The notes under the pieces are model-generated. The model had not been told where the DNA came from and made no database searches. It saw only the letters and a program-made list of their open reading frames with translations. Made by a program: the position numbers and the translations under genes. 64,000 nt of DNA from Actinomycetes bacterium (GTDB lineage: Bacteria; Actinomycetota; Acidimicrobiia; IMCC26256; VFJJ01), in assembly GCA_031362415.1 (NCBI GenBank), contig JANLSK010000056.1, forward strand, positions 24,814-88,813, in the 5' to 3' direction. Shown piece after piece: positions 1 through 10,295 of this stretch. Positions within the stretch are counted from its first letter, which is position 1; every line of letters begins with the position of its first letter.

Positions 1-366
1 TTCGTGAAGAACCTGGTGTTCCTCGACGGAGCCATCGCCCGGCTGGCGCCCGATCTCGATCTGCTGGCCGAGATCGTCAATGTCCACCTGTACTTCGCCC
101 AAACCCACGGTGAGCGGATCGTGCGCGAAGCCGGCCTCGACCCGACCGCCGCCGGCACCGTCGACATCGACTACGTCAAGGCATCGATGGGTCTCACCCC
201 CGACGTGCAGACCCTGACGTACCACGACGTGAGGGAACGACGCGAGGTCATCAAACGCCGCATGGAGGAGGCCCGGGCCCGATCGAGCCGCAAGGCGTCC
301 CGAGCAGGGCGCGCCGAACGAGGGCTGCGGTCCAAGCTCCGCCTCCCGGGCGGACGCGCTCGTTAG
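1..366 (+). CDS. ABC1/UbiB-type kinase family protein, C-terminal fragment (5' end outside window)
   Basis: The frame is open from base 1 to the stop at 364-366 and has high GC3. The tail NLVFLDGAIARLAPDLDLL...VHLYF resembles the C-terminal region of ABC1/AarF kinases. Assignment is by eye only. Confidence 0.45.
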   Translation, partial: FVKNLVFLDGAIARLAPDLDLLAEIVNVHLYFAQTHGERIVREAGLDPTAAGTVDIDYVKASMGLTPDVQTLTYHDVRERREVIKRRMEEARARSSRKASRAGRAERGLRSKLRLPGGRAR

Positions 367-413
367 CATCCGCACCATGCAGGCACCTTCCTAGGCCGGT
401 CCCCCAACCAGCC

Positions 414-2021
414 GTGCTGTTCCCCACGATCCGGTTCGCCGTCTTCTTCGGTGTGGTGCTCGGCATCAGCTGGCTGCTCGCTCGCTGGCCCCCCTGGTGG
501 AAGCGCTTCGTCCTCGTTGCGAGCTACGCCTTCTATGCCGGGTGGGACTGGCGGTTCGTCGGCCTCGTCGTCGCCTCCACCCTGTTCAACCAGGCCATGG
601 CCACGCGTATCCATCGGAGCGCGAGTCGTCGCGCGGCGAAGGGTCTCCTGCTCGTTGCCGTGGTTGCCAACCTGGGGATGCTCGGGTACTTCAAGTACTA
701 CGGATTCTTCGCGTCGTCGCTCGTGAACCTCTTCCGGGACTGGGGTGTCGAGCTCCCGCTGCCGGTCGTGCAGGTGATCCTCCCGGTCGGAATCTCGTTC
801 TTCACGTTCCACGCCCTCAGCTACGTGATCGACGTGTATCGCGGCACGCTGACGCCCGCTCGTCTCATCGACTTCGCGGTGTACATCGCATTCTTCCCCC
901 ATCTCGTGGCCGGCCCGATCGTGCGCGCCTCGGAGCTGGTACCGCAGCTGCGTCACCGGCTCGATCGCACCGGGGTCGACACCGGCCGGGCCGCGTTCCT
1001 CATCGTCGCTGGTCTGTTCAAGAAGGTCGTGCTGGCGAGCTACCTGTCGGATCACATCGTCGACCGGGTCTTCGCCAACCCCGAGCTGTACTCGGCCCCC
1101 GAGGTGCTCTTCGCCGTCTACGCCTACGCGATCCAGATCTACGCCGACTTCTCGGGCTACACCGACATCGCCATCGGCTGTGCCCTGCTCATGGGCATCC
1201 GCTTTCCCGACAACTTCAACGCACCCTACGCAGCCGTCAGCATCCAGGACTTCTGGCGCCGCTGGCACATGACGCTCTCCCGCTGGCTGCGCGACTACCT
1301 CTACGTCCCCCTCGGCGGATCGCGCCGGGGCCGGGCCCGTACTTACCTGAACCTGATGCTCACCATGGTGCTCGGTGGGCTCTGGCACGGTGCCGACTGG
1401 CGGTTCGTCGTGTGGGGCGGGCTGCACGGTGGAGGCCAGGCCGTCGAGACCGCGGTCCGCACGCGCCGAAACCGGGGTGTGCTCAAGCGCCGCGAACGTC
1501 TGGGCCTCGATCCCGCAGGAGCCGGCGAGGAACGGGACTCCTTGCGGCGACTGGCGTTGCTCAACAGGGGTCTTCCCGACTCGATGTCACGCGAAGCTCA
1601 GGTGACGGTGCTCGCCCAGGTCGACACCCGGGCCCGGCGACGCGAGGAAGCCCGGATCGTGCGCGCCGCACGGGGCTCGACGGGTGCCGGGCGCTGGATC
1701 GGCCGTATCGCCACGTTCCACTTCGTGTGCCTCGGGTGGATCTTCTTCCGGGCCGAATCGGTCGATCGGGCGTGGGCCATGTGTCGCCGCATCGTTGACG
1801 GGACCTGGGGCTCGGCCCCGCTCGTGACGCCCCTCCTGGTCGTCGCCATCGCCGGTGCACTCGTCTCGCAGTACGTCCCCGCCCGAGCGATGGCGGCGTT
1901 GCAGGGACGCTTCTCCCGCCTGGCCCCCGCCCTCCAAGGCGCCCTCGTCGGCTGCGCCTTCCTCGTCATCGACGTCCTCGGCCCCACCGGCGTCGCCCCC
2001 TTCATCTACTTCCAGTTCTGA
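414..2021 (+). CDS. MBOAT-family membrane O-acyltransferase (AlgI/PatA/DltB-like)
   Basis: 535-aa polytopic protein with an AlgI-like N-terminus (MLFPTIRFAVFFGVVL) and MBOAT core motifs (FWRRWHMTLSRWLRDYLYVPLGGSR, LGGLWHGADW). It has a basic insertion before the last TM helices. Confidence 0.85.
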   Translation: MLFPTIRFAVFFGVVLGISWLLARWPPWWKRFVLVASYAFYAGWDWRFVGLVVASTLFNQAMATRIHRSASRRAAKGLLLVAVVANLGMLGYFKYYGFFASSLVNLFRDWGVELPLPVVQVILPVGISFFTFHALSYVIDVYRGTLTPARLIDFAVYIAFFPHLVAGPIVRASELVPQLRHRLDRTGVDTGRAAFLIVAGLFKKVVLASYLSDHIVDRVFANPELYSAPEVLFAVYAYAIQIYADFSGYTDIAIGCALLMGIRFPDNFNAPYAAVSIQDFWRRWHMTLSRWLRDYLYVPLGGSRRGRARTYLNLMLTMVLGGLWHGADWRFVVWGGLHGGGQAVETAVRTRRNRGVLKRRERLGLDPAGAGEERDSLRRLALLNRGLPDSMSREAQVTVLAQVDTRARRREEARIVRAARGSTGAGRWIGRIATFHFVCLGWIFFRAESVDRAWAMCRRIVDGTWGSAPLVTPLLVVAIAGALVSQYVPARAMAALQGRFSRLAPALQGALVGCAFLVIDVLGPTGVAPFIYFQF

Positions 2022-2060
2022 GACCGGTTCCGACTCGGCGTGGCTCGCTGAAGGTGGACG

Positions 2061-2690
2061 ATGGCTGACGATCGGCGACATGACGACCTGTCCGAGCGGC
2101 TCCGCGACCATGTCGACGCTGTCGCTCCGATCACGTTGGACGAGGTTCGCGGATACCATTTGGTGTCGATCGCCGCCGACGCCGACGCCTGGCGCCCCAT
2201 CGCTGCGGCCCCCATCGAACCCCGCGCCGACCCCGCCATCGCCTGGACCGGAAGCGAGATGATCGTCTGGGGCGGTACCGGCGATGGGCCCCGCGCTCTC
2301 GCCGACGGCGCGGCGTACGACCCCGCGGGTGACTCCTGGCGCGTGATCGCTCCGAGCCCGCTCTCGGCGCGCGTCGGATCGGGTGCTGCCTGGACAGGCA
2401 GCGAGGTCATCGTCGTCGGTGGGCGGATGCGAGACGGCCGTGAGATCAACGACAGTGCCTCGTACGATCCGGTCGTCGACACCTGGGGCCCCTTCCCATC
2501 CATCATCGGACCGCAGCCGGTCGAGGTGGCGTGGACCGGCACCGAGCTCATCATCGTGCAGACCGGGGGCGAGGCGGGCGACGGCTGCGGCTTCTACCAC
2601 TACGTCCCCGCAGGTGACGGCTGGTCGCTTTCGTCGCCGACGCGGGGCTTCGGCGGTGGTGCCCGAGGCCCCCAGGCCTGGAGCGGATGA
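2061..2690 (+). CDS. Kelch-like beta-propeller repeat protein, part 1 (about 3 blades)
   Basis: The repeated blade signature AWTGSEMIVWGG / AWTGSEVIVVGG / AWTGTELIIV occurs at ~49-aa spacing. The ORF ends in an ATGA overlap with the next ORF. Confidence 0.6.
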   Translation: MADDRRHDDLSERLRDHVDAVAPITLDEVRGYHLVSIAADADAWRPIAAAPIEPRADPAIAWTGSEMIVWGGTGDGPRALADGAAYDPAGDSWRVIAPSPLSARVGSGAAWTGSEVIVVGGRMRDGREINDSASYDPVVDTWGPFPSIIGPQPVEVAWTGTELIIVQTGGEAGDGCGFYHYVPAGDGWSLSSPTRGFGGGARGPQAWSG

Positions 2691-3106
2691 ACGACACCGA
2701 CACGCTGGTGTGGACGGGGCGGGAGGTGCTGGCGCTCGGCACAGCGTGTGCTATCGGCGGCAACGTCGAAGCGCCCGATCTCGCCTACGACCCGCACACG
2801 GCGGGGTGGCGCAGCCTGCCGGTCCTGTCGTTCGACGATCGGCCTCGGTGCGGATCCGACGCGTTCTGGACGGGATCGCAGGTTGTCGTCTGGGGTGGCA
2901 GCGGGGGCAATGGGATCGTCGCCGACAATCGCGTTCGGGTCTACACCCCGCCCGCAGCACCAGTGGTCACCGCCACCACGACCACCACGGCCTCGATCGC
3001 ACCCACCGACCCGCTCGATGGTCTCGCGCTCGAGTCGTTCGCCGCCCGGGTCGTCGTCGAGGAGTACCTCGCGGCGTCGACCCCGCGGCCGCCGTCGAGT
3101 TCATGA
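2687..3106 (+). CDS. Kelch-like beta-propeller repeat protein, part 2 (about 2 blades plus Thr/Ala-rich tail)
   Basis: Contains VWTGREVLALG and FWTGSQVVVWGG blades. Its start overlaps the previous stop (ATGA at 2687-2690). Confidence 0.55.
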   Translation: MNDTDTLVWTGREVLALGTACAIGGNVEAPDLAYDPHTAGWRSLPVLSFDDRPRCGSDAFWTGSQVVVWGGSGGNGIVADNRVRVYTPPAAPVVTATTTTTASIAPTDPLDGLALESFAARVVVEEYLAASTPRPPSSS

Positions 3107-3350
3107 GCCCCGAGGTCGGCCACATCCTGAGCACCGGGCAGGTCGTGATGGGCGAGACCTCGGCGGCGCTGCGGGGCGCGCATGCTGGCGATGTGATCGA
3201 GGTCCTGGGGTGGAACGGCGCCGTCGGCGAAGAGCAGCTCGATCGAGCCCACGTCGGCGTCGTTGGCAACGAGCCCGATCGTCTCCCGGATTCAGTTCGC
3301 CGAGGTCGGCTGATTGCAGCGGTCCTGCGCTCGGTGCTCGCGAAAAGTGC
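3103..3350 (+). pseudogene. Possible 5' fragment of an unknown gene truncated by the IS insertion
   Basis: ATG at 3103 overlaps the stop of the preceding ORF (ATGA). The first ~50 codons are strongly GC3-biased (MSPEVGHILSTGQVVMGETSAALRGAHAGDVIEVLGWNG). The frame then degrades and runs into the left IS end without a stop. Confidence 0.25.
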
Positions 3351-3388
3351 AATTTCGGACTATCGCGATGATTGCGCAGTAGCTGCGG
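3351..3388. repeat. Left terminal inverted repeat of the IS
   Basis: aatttcggactatcgcgatgattgcgcagtagctgcgg matches the reverse complement of 4392-4441 in three blocks. Confidence 0.65.
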
Positions 3389-3391
3389 GAC

Positions 3392-4390
3392 GTGGTGGGA
3401 TGGGCGATGGCGAAACGGGAGCCGTGGCGGGTCGAGCCCGGGTTCGTGCTGGGTGGGCGGCATCATCCGCGCTCGGGTGGGGAGTTCGCGGCGTGGTTCT
3501 CCGACGAGGATGCGGCGGCGGCCTGGATCGCCGCGGTGCGCTGGGTCGACGGGGTCACCTGCCCCCGATGTGGGCTCGAGCTACCGGTGTCGGCGCCGGC
3601 GCAGGGGAAGAGCGGGTGGTGTGGATCGTGTCGCCGGGCATTCTCGGTCACCTCGGGCACCGTGCTCGGCCACACGAAGTTGCCTCTGCGAACGTGGCTG
3701 ACCGTGGCCTGGATGATGACCGAAGACGGTGCGGGGGTGCCGGCGACCGCGGTGCAACGGGCGCTCGGCGTCAGCTACGGCACGGCCTGGCACCTGCTCC
3801 ACAAGCTGCGATCGGTCATGGCGCAAGCGGCCAGCCCCCCGCTCGGTGGCGCCGTGGAGGTCGACGATGTGTTCCTGGGCGGTGTCAAGTACGACAGCGC
3901 CGCCGATCGCGACGATGGCGTGAGGACGCTTGTGGCCATCGCCGTCGAGTGCGTACCGGGGCGTCGCGACTCGACGGGGAGAACGCGCATCGCCCGTATC
4001 CCCAACCGTTCCGCAGCGAGCCTCCGCGAGTTCCTCACTGCCAACGTCGCGCCGGGCACGACGGTCTTGACCGACCGGTGGGCCGCCTACCGGGGGGCCT
4101 GTGCCGGTCGCTACGACCACCGTCCCAGCTCGCTGGTGAGGGTCGACGAGCACTCGCACACGACGCTGGCCCGGGTGATGAGGGTCGCATCGGCTCTCGA
4201 CCGGTGGATGCTGGACACCCATCAGCGAACCGTCGCCGACGAGCACCTCGGCGCCTATCTCGACGAGTTCGTGTTCCGCATCGACCCGGCAGCCGTCAGA
4301 GCACCCGGCCTGCTCTTCCATGGGCTCGTGACCCGCGTGCTGCACTGGGCGCCCGTTCGTCGGGTCGACGTCATCGGCGGGCGGGCCTGA
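3392..4390 (+). CDS. IS1595-family (ISXO2-like) DDE transposase with N-terminal zinc-ribbon
   Basis: Has CPRCG...CGSCRR zinc-ribbon cysteines, the HTH-like segment ALGVSYGTAWHLLHKLR, and the core motifs VEVDDVFLGG, LTDRWAAY and YLDEFVFR. It is full length (~330 aa). The alternative ATG at 3407 is possible. Confidence 0.85.
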   Translation: MVGWAMAKREPWRVEPGFVLGGRHHPRSGGEFAAWFSDEDAAAAWIAAVRWVDGVTCPRCGLELPVSAPAQGKSGWCGSCRRAFSVTSGTVLGHTKLPLRTWLTVAWMMTEDGAGVPATAVQRALGVSYGTAWHLLHKLRSVMAQAASPPLGGAVEVDDVFLGGVKYDSAADRDDGVRTLVAIAVECVPGRRDSTGRTRIARIPNRSAASLREFLTANVAPGTTVLTDRWAAYRGACAGRYDHRPSSLVRVDEHSHTTLARVMRVASALDRWMLDTHQRTVADEHLGAYLDEFVFRIDPAAVRAPGLLFHGLVTRVLHWAPVRRVDVIGGRA

Positions 4391-4391
4391 G

Positions 4392-4441
4392 CCGCAGCCC
4401 GAGTGCATCATCATCGCCATAGTCCGAATCGGGCCGAAATT
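4392..4441. repeat. Right terminal inverted repeat of the IS
   Basis: Its reverse complement reads aatttcgg[cccgattcgg]actatggcgatgatgatgcactcgggctgcgg. It carries a 10-nt partial internal duplication relative to the left end. Confidence 0.65.
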
Positions 4442-4611
4442 CGGGTGCGGACCGGAGCTGCGCCGACCCCGCAGCCCGACCGCCGCGGCCTGACCGCGCC
4501 GCCCGAACCAGGCCGATGACCTCGGCGCGGAGCTCGCGTGGACGACAATGGGGCTCCACACCGAATCACCGCCATCCCGGGGACGCACGCGTGCCGAGCA
4601 AGCCGATGCCT

Positions 4612-4647
4612 CCGACACCTCCGACCCTTCCGACACCTCCGACACCG
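4612..4647. repeat. 9-bp tandem repeat x4 (CCGACACCT-like)
   Basis: The units are ccgacacct ccgaccctt ccgacacct ccgacaccg. The repeat lies upstream of the most likely SGNH hydrolase start, or encodes PPTPPTLPTPPTP if an upstream start is used. Confidence 0.8.
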
Positions 4648-4680
4648 GAACCTCGCGTCGGCATCGGCGGGGGGCGGCGC

Positions 4681-5850
<1,170 letters not shown>

Positions 5851-5868
5851 CCGGACAAGGAGCCCGCC

Positions 5869-6729
5869 ATGTGCGGTCGGTACACCTCGGCGACCCCGCC
5901 GACCATGCTCGCCGAGCACTTCAAGGTCGAGAGCCTCCGGGCCGACGACCTGGGCGAGAACTACAACGTCGCGCCGACCAGTCGGGTCTACGCCGTGGCC
6001 CAGCACGAGCACCAGCGGACGCTGGGCACGTTTCGCTGGGGGCTCGTGCCGGCATGGGCGAAGGACCCGTCGATCGGCTCGAAGATGATCAACGCCCGGG
6101 CCGAGACGGTCGCCACCAAGAGCTCGTTCCGCCATGCGTTCAAGCGCAAGCGCTGCATCATCCCGGCCGACGGTTTCTACGAATGGCAGGTGATCGCCGG
6201 CCGTGACGACTCCGCCCGCAAGGTCGTCAAGCAGCCGGTGTGGATCCACCGGGTCGATGGGCAGCCGCTGGCCTTCGCCGGGTTGTGGGAGCTGTGGCGT
6301 CCGAGAACCACGGCGCCACAGGAGGACCAGCAGAGCGAGGAAGACGCCGAGACTCCGGAACCGCTGCGCACCTGCACCATCATCACCACGACCGCCAACG
6401 GCCGCTTGGCGCCGGTGCACAACCGGATGCCGGTGATCCTGCCCGAATCGGCGTGGCAGATGTGGCTCGACACGGGGTTCGACGATCTCGAGGTGCTGCA
6501 AGGCCTCCTGGTTCCGGCTGCCAACGAGATCGTCACGTTCCATCCGGTCAGCACCGCTGTCAACAGCGTCCGCAACCGGGGTCCCGAGCTCATCCGACCC
6601 TCAACGCTGGGAACGGAGCCTGGCGACATGGCGGAAGTACTGGGCCGCGACGACGAGGCTGGCTTTCGACTCGCCGGCGTGACGGTCGCCGAAGGCGAAC
6701 GGGATCTCGGCGACGCGCAGACCCGGTGA
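5869..6729 (+). CDS. SRAP-domain (SOS response-associated peptidase, YedK/HMCES-like) protein
   Basis: Starts MCGRY with the catalytic Cys2. Other motifs are NVAPT, FRWGLVPAWAK, INARAET, CIIPADGFYEW and NRMPVIL. The 3' end extends 129 bp into the convergent GT2 gene. Confidence 0.85.
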   Translation: MCGRYTSATPPTMLAEHFKVESLRADDLGENYNVAPTSRVYAVAQHEHQRTLGTFRWGLVPAWAKDPSIGSKMINARAETVATKSSFRHAFKRKRCIIPADGFYEWQVIAGRDDSARKVVKQPVWIHRVDGQPLAFAGLWELWRPRTTAPQEDQQSEEDAETPEPLRTCTIITTTANGRLAPVHNRMPVILPESAWQMWLDTGFDDLEVLQGLLVPAANEIVTFHPVSTAVNSVRNRGPELIRPSTLGTEPGDMAEVLGRDDEAGFRLAGVTVAEGERDLGDAQTR

Positions 6730-7425
6730 GCGCACGAGGATCTCGAGCAGGATCTTGAACCCGTCCGGGCGCAGCTCGCCGACCCTGATCGCTTGGTGGC
6801 GCACCATGAAGAAGCCGCTCATCGGGTCGCTCACCCCGTTCAGGTGACCCGGCAGGGCCAGCCGGGCGACATTGGTCATCAGGCGTGATATGGCCGTTCG
6901 AGCAAGGTCGAGGCCCTGGGACGAGCCCTGGGCGCAGTAGCGCGACGCCACCACGAGGTCGACCTCGCGACCCACCGAGCGGGCGCGATCGAACAGGGAG
7001 GGGACGAGCTCCGGCGGATGTTGCAGATCGCCATCGATCACGCAGATCCAGTCGGCCCCGGTCACCCGCAGCCCGTCGACGACCGCGCCACCGAGCCCGC
7101 CCCAGCGTTCCCCGGGGCGCCGGTGCACGCACCAGATCTCGCCATCCCAGGTCGATCGCACGTCTTCGATCGCCGCCGGGGTGTCGTCATCGGAGTCGTC
7201 GACGAAGAGGATCTCGCACACCACGCCGTCGTCCCGCACGTGCTCCAGGGCCCGGCCGAGGCGCCCGACCAGGGTCGCGACATTGCCCGCTTCGTTGCGG
7301 GTCGGGACGATGACCGCGAGGGTGAGACGGCGGGTCGGAAGCGGCGGGATGGCCGGCCGCAACGGCGGCGTCGCAACGGGCGCCTGGGTGGGGTTCGCAG
7401 CGGCGATGTCGTGTTCGATGGCCAT
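6601..7425 (-). CDS. GT2-family glycosyltransferase (polyprenol-phosphate sugar transferase-like)
   Basis: Motifs are LAVIVPTRNEAGN, FVDDSDDDT, IDGDLQHPP and GFKILLE. ATG 7425 was chosen as the first ATG after the non-coding-looking N-terminal extension of the ORF. Confidence 0.8.
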   Translation of the reverse strand: MAIEHDIAAANPTQAPVATPPLRPAIPPLPTRRLTLAVIVPTRNEAGNVATLVGRLGRALEHVRDDGVVCEILFVDDSDDDTPAAIEDVRSTWDGEIWCVHRRPGERWGGLGGAVVDGLRVTGADWICVIDGDLQHPPELVPSLFDRARSVGREVDLVVASRYCAQGSSQGLDLARTAISRLMTNVARLALPGHLNGVSDPMSGFFMVRHQAIRVGELRPDGFKILLEILVRSPGLRVAEIPFAFGDRHAGESKASLVVAAQYFRHVARLRSQR

Positions 7426-7522
7426 GGTCCCGTCCGTGGGTGCGCAGCGTGGGGTTGCGCAACCACATCGTCGGCCGGGGGGCCCGAGGATTAACGGCTG
7501 GACAGGTGCCATACTGCCGAGC

Positions 7523-9259
7523 ATGCCGACAGAGGGCCTCAACTTCGCCGATTTGTGGGAGAACATCGCCGATGCCGTGCCCGACGAGCCGGCAACCGTC
7601 CACGGTTCGCGGCGGCGCACGTGGCGGGAGTTCGACGACCGGTCGTCGCGTCTGGCCGAGGTGCTCCGGAGCAGCGGTCTGGGCCCGGGCTCGAAGGTCG
7701 CGTGCTACCTCCACAACTCCGATGCCTACCTCGAGACGCTCTTCGCCACGTTCAAGCTCAGGGGCGTGCCGGTGAACGTGAACTACCGCTACGTGGAAGG
7801 TGAGCTCGCCTACCTGCTCGACAACTCCGACGCCGAGGCGGTCGTCTTCGATGCCGACCTCACCGACCGGGTGGCGGGCGCCCGAAGCGGCGCCCCCATG
7901 CTCAAGGTGGCGCTGTCGGTGGCCGCCACCGAGGGCCCGACTCTTGGAGAGCCCACGCCCACGCACCCGGTTCCCGGGTGGGCGCTCGACCACGACCGCG
8001 CCCTTGCCGGGGCCGATCCGATGCCGCGCATCCACCGTTCGGACGAGGATCAGCTCTTCCTCTACACCGGCGGCACGACCGGGATGCCCAAGGGTGTCAT
8101 GTGGCGTCAGCGCGAGCTGCTCGAGCTCTTCTTGCCGCTCGTCGCGCTGTACGGAGCCTCGCCGCCGGCCACCAACGAAGGCGCCGGCGAGATGGCGCGG
8201 TTCCTGCGCGAGAGCGCCAACGTTCCCCGGCACCTCCCGGCAGCTCCGCTCATGCACGGAACGGGCCAGTTCTCGACACTGCAGCATCTCTCGTTCTCGG
8301 GCTCGATCGTCACGCTCACGCCCCGCCACTTCGATGCCGACCATCTCTGGCGGATCGTGCAGGCCGAGCGCGTCCGTACGATCGCCATCGTCGGCGACGC
8401 CTTCGCGCAGCCCATGCTCGACGCCCTCGACGCCGCCGTGGAACGGGGTGAGCCCTACGACCTCTCGTCGCTCTACATCATCATCAGCTCGGGCGTCATG
8501 TGGAGCGCACCCGTCAAGCAGGGCCTGCAGCGCCACGGCTCGATGATCCTCTTCGACAGCCTGGGATCGAGTGAGGGCATGGGGTTCGGAGCAGCCATCG
8601 TCGCTCCGGGCCAGGACGCCCCGACGGCGCGGTTCACCGTCGGCGATCAGGCCTGCGTGCTCGCGGCCGACGGTCGACGGATCGATCCCGGCTCAGGTGA
8701 GGTCGGCGTGCTCGCCGTTGGCGGCCCCCTGCCGCTCGGGTACTACAAGGATCCCGACAAGACCGCCACGACTTTCCCCGAAGTGAACGGCATCCGCTAC
8801 TCGATCCCGGGCGACTACGCGACCCCCGAGGCCGACGGTTCGATCACCCTCCTGGGGCGGGGCTCGGTGTGCATCAACACCGGAGGCGAGAAGGTCTATC
8901 CCGAGGAGGTCGAGGAGGCCCTGAAGGAGCATCCGGCGGTGCTCGACTGCACCGTTGTCGGTGTCCCCGACGAGCGGTTCGGCCAGGCCATCACGGCGGT
9001 GGTCTCGTTCGTGGCCTCATCCCACGGGGAGCGGCCAACTGACGCCGAGGTGCTGGCCTCGGTACGCGCCCGGCTGGCCGGCTACAAACGTCCTCGCCAT
9101 CTCGTGATGGTGCCCGAGGTGCGGAGGGGTCCCAACGGCAAGGCCGACTACGCCTGGGCCAAGCAGGTGGCACTCGCCGCGCTCTCTGGCCCCGGTCCCG
9201 GACCCGGTTCCGGCCCCGACCGTTCCATGGCCTCCGGTGGAGCTCCCCGTGGCTCCTGA
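7523..9259 (+). CDS. AMP-dependent acyl-CoA synthetase/ligase (FadD-like)
   Basis: AMP-binding motif LFLYTGGTTGMPKGV, plus GEKVYPEEVE and GKADY near the C-terminus. ATG 7523 follows a divergent intergenic region. Confidence 0.85.
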   Translation: MPTEGLNFADLWENIADAVPDEPATVHGSRRRTWREFDDRSSRLAEVLRSSGLGPGSKVACYLHNSDAYLETLFATFKLRGVPVNVNYRYVEGELAYLLDNSDAEAVVFDADLTDRVAGARSGAPMLKVALSVAATEGPTLGEPTPTHPVPGWALDHDRALAGADPMPRIHRSDEDQLFLYTGGTTGMPKGVMWRQRELLELFLPLVALYGASPPATNEGAGEMARFLRESANVPRHLPAAPLMHGTGQFSTLQHLSFSGSIVTLTPRHFDADHLWRIVQAERVRTIAIVGDAFAQPMLDALDAAVERGEPYDLSSLYIIISSGVMWSAPVKQGLQRHGSMILFDSLGSSEGMGFGAAIVAPGQDAPTARFTVGDQACVLAADGRRIDPGSGEVGVLAVGGPLPLGYYKDPDKTATTFPEVNGIRYSIPGDYATPEADGSITLLGRGSVCINTGGEKVYPEEVEEALKEHPAVLDCTVVGVPDERFGQAITAVVSFVASSHGERPTDAEVLASVRARLAGYKRPRHLVMVPEVRRGPNGKADYAWAKQVALAALSGPGPGPGSGPDRSMASGGAPRGS

Positions 9260-9866
9260 GCGGCTGCCGATGTTCCCTCTCGGGAGCCCGCTCGTGCCCG
9301 GCATGGGACTGCCCCTGCGGATCTTCGAGCCCCGCTACCGGGCCATGACCGTGGAGGTGCTCACCGGCTCGGGCGAGTTCGGCGTCGTGCTCATCGAGCG
9401 GGGCTTCGAGGTTGGTGGCGGCGACATCCGCTTCGACGTGGGCACCATCGCTCGGATCGTGCGGGCCGGCGAGACGCCCGACGGTCAGTTCGCGCTCGAG
9501 ACCGTGGGCACCGAGCGGATCCAGGTTCACGAATGGCTGTCCGAGGATCCATACCCGCTGGCGATGGTCGAGCGGCTCGCCGATCCGCCAGCGGGGCCCG
9601 ATGCCCCGACGGCTCGGCACGAGGTCGGACGGCTGCTGCGGCGGGTCCTGGCCCTGCGATCCGAGCTCGGGCATCCCTCGCCCGACGTGGATCTGCACGA
9701 CGATCCGGCCGTGGCGTCGTGGCACGCCGCCCTCGTCGCCGGCCTCGGCCCGCTCGACGTTCAGCGGCTCCTGGGCCTACGCGGTCCCGACGAGCGGCTG
9801 GCGGCGGTGGCCGAGAACCTCAAGGAGCTCGGTGAGGTCCTGGAGATGACGTTGCGGGCCGGCTGA
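9237..9866 (+). CDS. Lon protease N-terminal (LON substrate-binding/PUA-like) domain protein
   Basis: LPMFPLGSPLVPGMGLPLRIFEPRYRAM is typical of stand-alone Lon-N domain proteins. The start is uncertain (GTG 9237, GTG 9249 or ATG 9270). Confidence 0.7.
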   Translation: MELPVAPERLPMFPLGSPLVPGMGLPLRIFEPRYRAMTVEVLTGSGEFGVVLIERGFEVGGGDIRFDVGTIARIVRAGETPDGQFALETVGTERIQVHEWLSEDPYPLAMVERLADPPAGPDAPTARHEVGRLLRRVLALRSELGHPSPDVDLHDDPAVASWHAALVAGLGPLDVQRLLGLRGPDERLAAVAENLKELGEVLEMTLRAG

Positions 9867-9893
9867 GCGATCGCGGCTGGTAGGTTGCCCGCC

Positions 9894-10025
9894 ATGGACC
9901 CCGAGGACGCCTCCCAGGACGCTCGTGACGCTCACGATGCCCGTGATCTCGACGGGCGGGTCTCGGAGCTCGAGGCCGCCGTGGCTGCCATCGAGGCCGA
10001 CCTGCACGCCGTCGAGACCGACTGA
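9894..10025 (+). CDS. Possible 43-aa acidic coiled-coil micro-protein
   Basis: ATG to TGA ORF encoding MDPEDASQDARDAHDARDLDGRVSELEAAVAAIEADLHAVETD, with high GC3. It sits 12 bp upstream of the MoaD-like gene. I recognise no homology. Confidence 0.3.
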   Translation: MDPEDASQDARDAHDARDLDGRVSELEAAVAAIEADLHAVETD

Positions 10026-10037
10026 CCGGGAACCGGC

Positions 10038-10280
10038 GTGGCTCGACTGCTCCTGTTCGCCCAGGCCCGGGAGATCGCGGGACGGTCGTCCGACGACGTG
10101 GCCGGCTCGACGGTGGCCGAAGTGCTCGCCGCGGCAGTGGCGTCGTACGGCGACGTGTTCGCGACGCTTCTGGAGTGCTCCCGGGTGTGGGTGAACGGCG
10201 ACGAACCGCACGACGGTCTCGCCACCGTGGTGGGCGAGACCGACGAGGTGGCCATCATCCCCCCGGTGAGCGGCGGCTGA
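10038..10280 (+). CDS. MoaD/ThiS-family sulfur-carrier protein
   Basis: 80 aa ending in the diagnostic C-terminal Gly-Gly (IIPPVSGG). The profile is ubiquitin-like beta-grasp. Confidence 0.75.
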   Translation: MARLLLFAQAREIAGRSSDDVAGSTVAEVLAAAVASYGDVFATLLECSRVWVNGDEPHDGLATVVGETDEVAIIPPVSGG

Positions 10281-10295
10281 CCGGAGGTCGGAGCC

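Larger units (their letters stand above)
3351..4441 (+). mobile_element. IS1595-family insertion sequence (~1.1 kb), ends approximate (+/-10 bp)
   Basis: A single transposase ORF is flanked by imperfect terminal inverted repeats sharing the blocks AATTTCGG / ACTAT(C/G)GCGATGAT / GCTGCGG. No clear target-site duplication was seen. Confidence 0.75.

Noticed and set aside
363-1427. A 354-aa minus-strand ORF opposite the MBOAT gene.
   Set aside because: Its composition is acidic and Gly/Arg-rich with no TM helices or motifs. The plus-strand MBOAT reading has clear family signatures.
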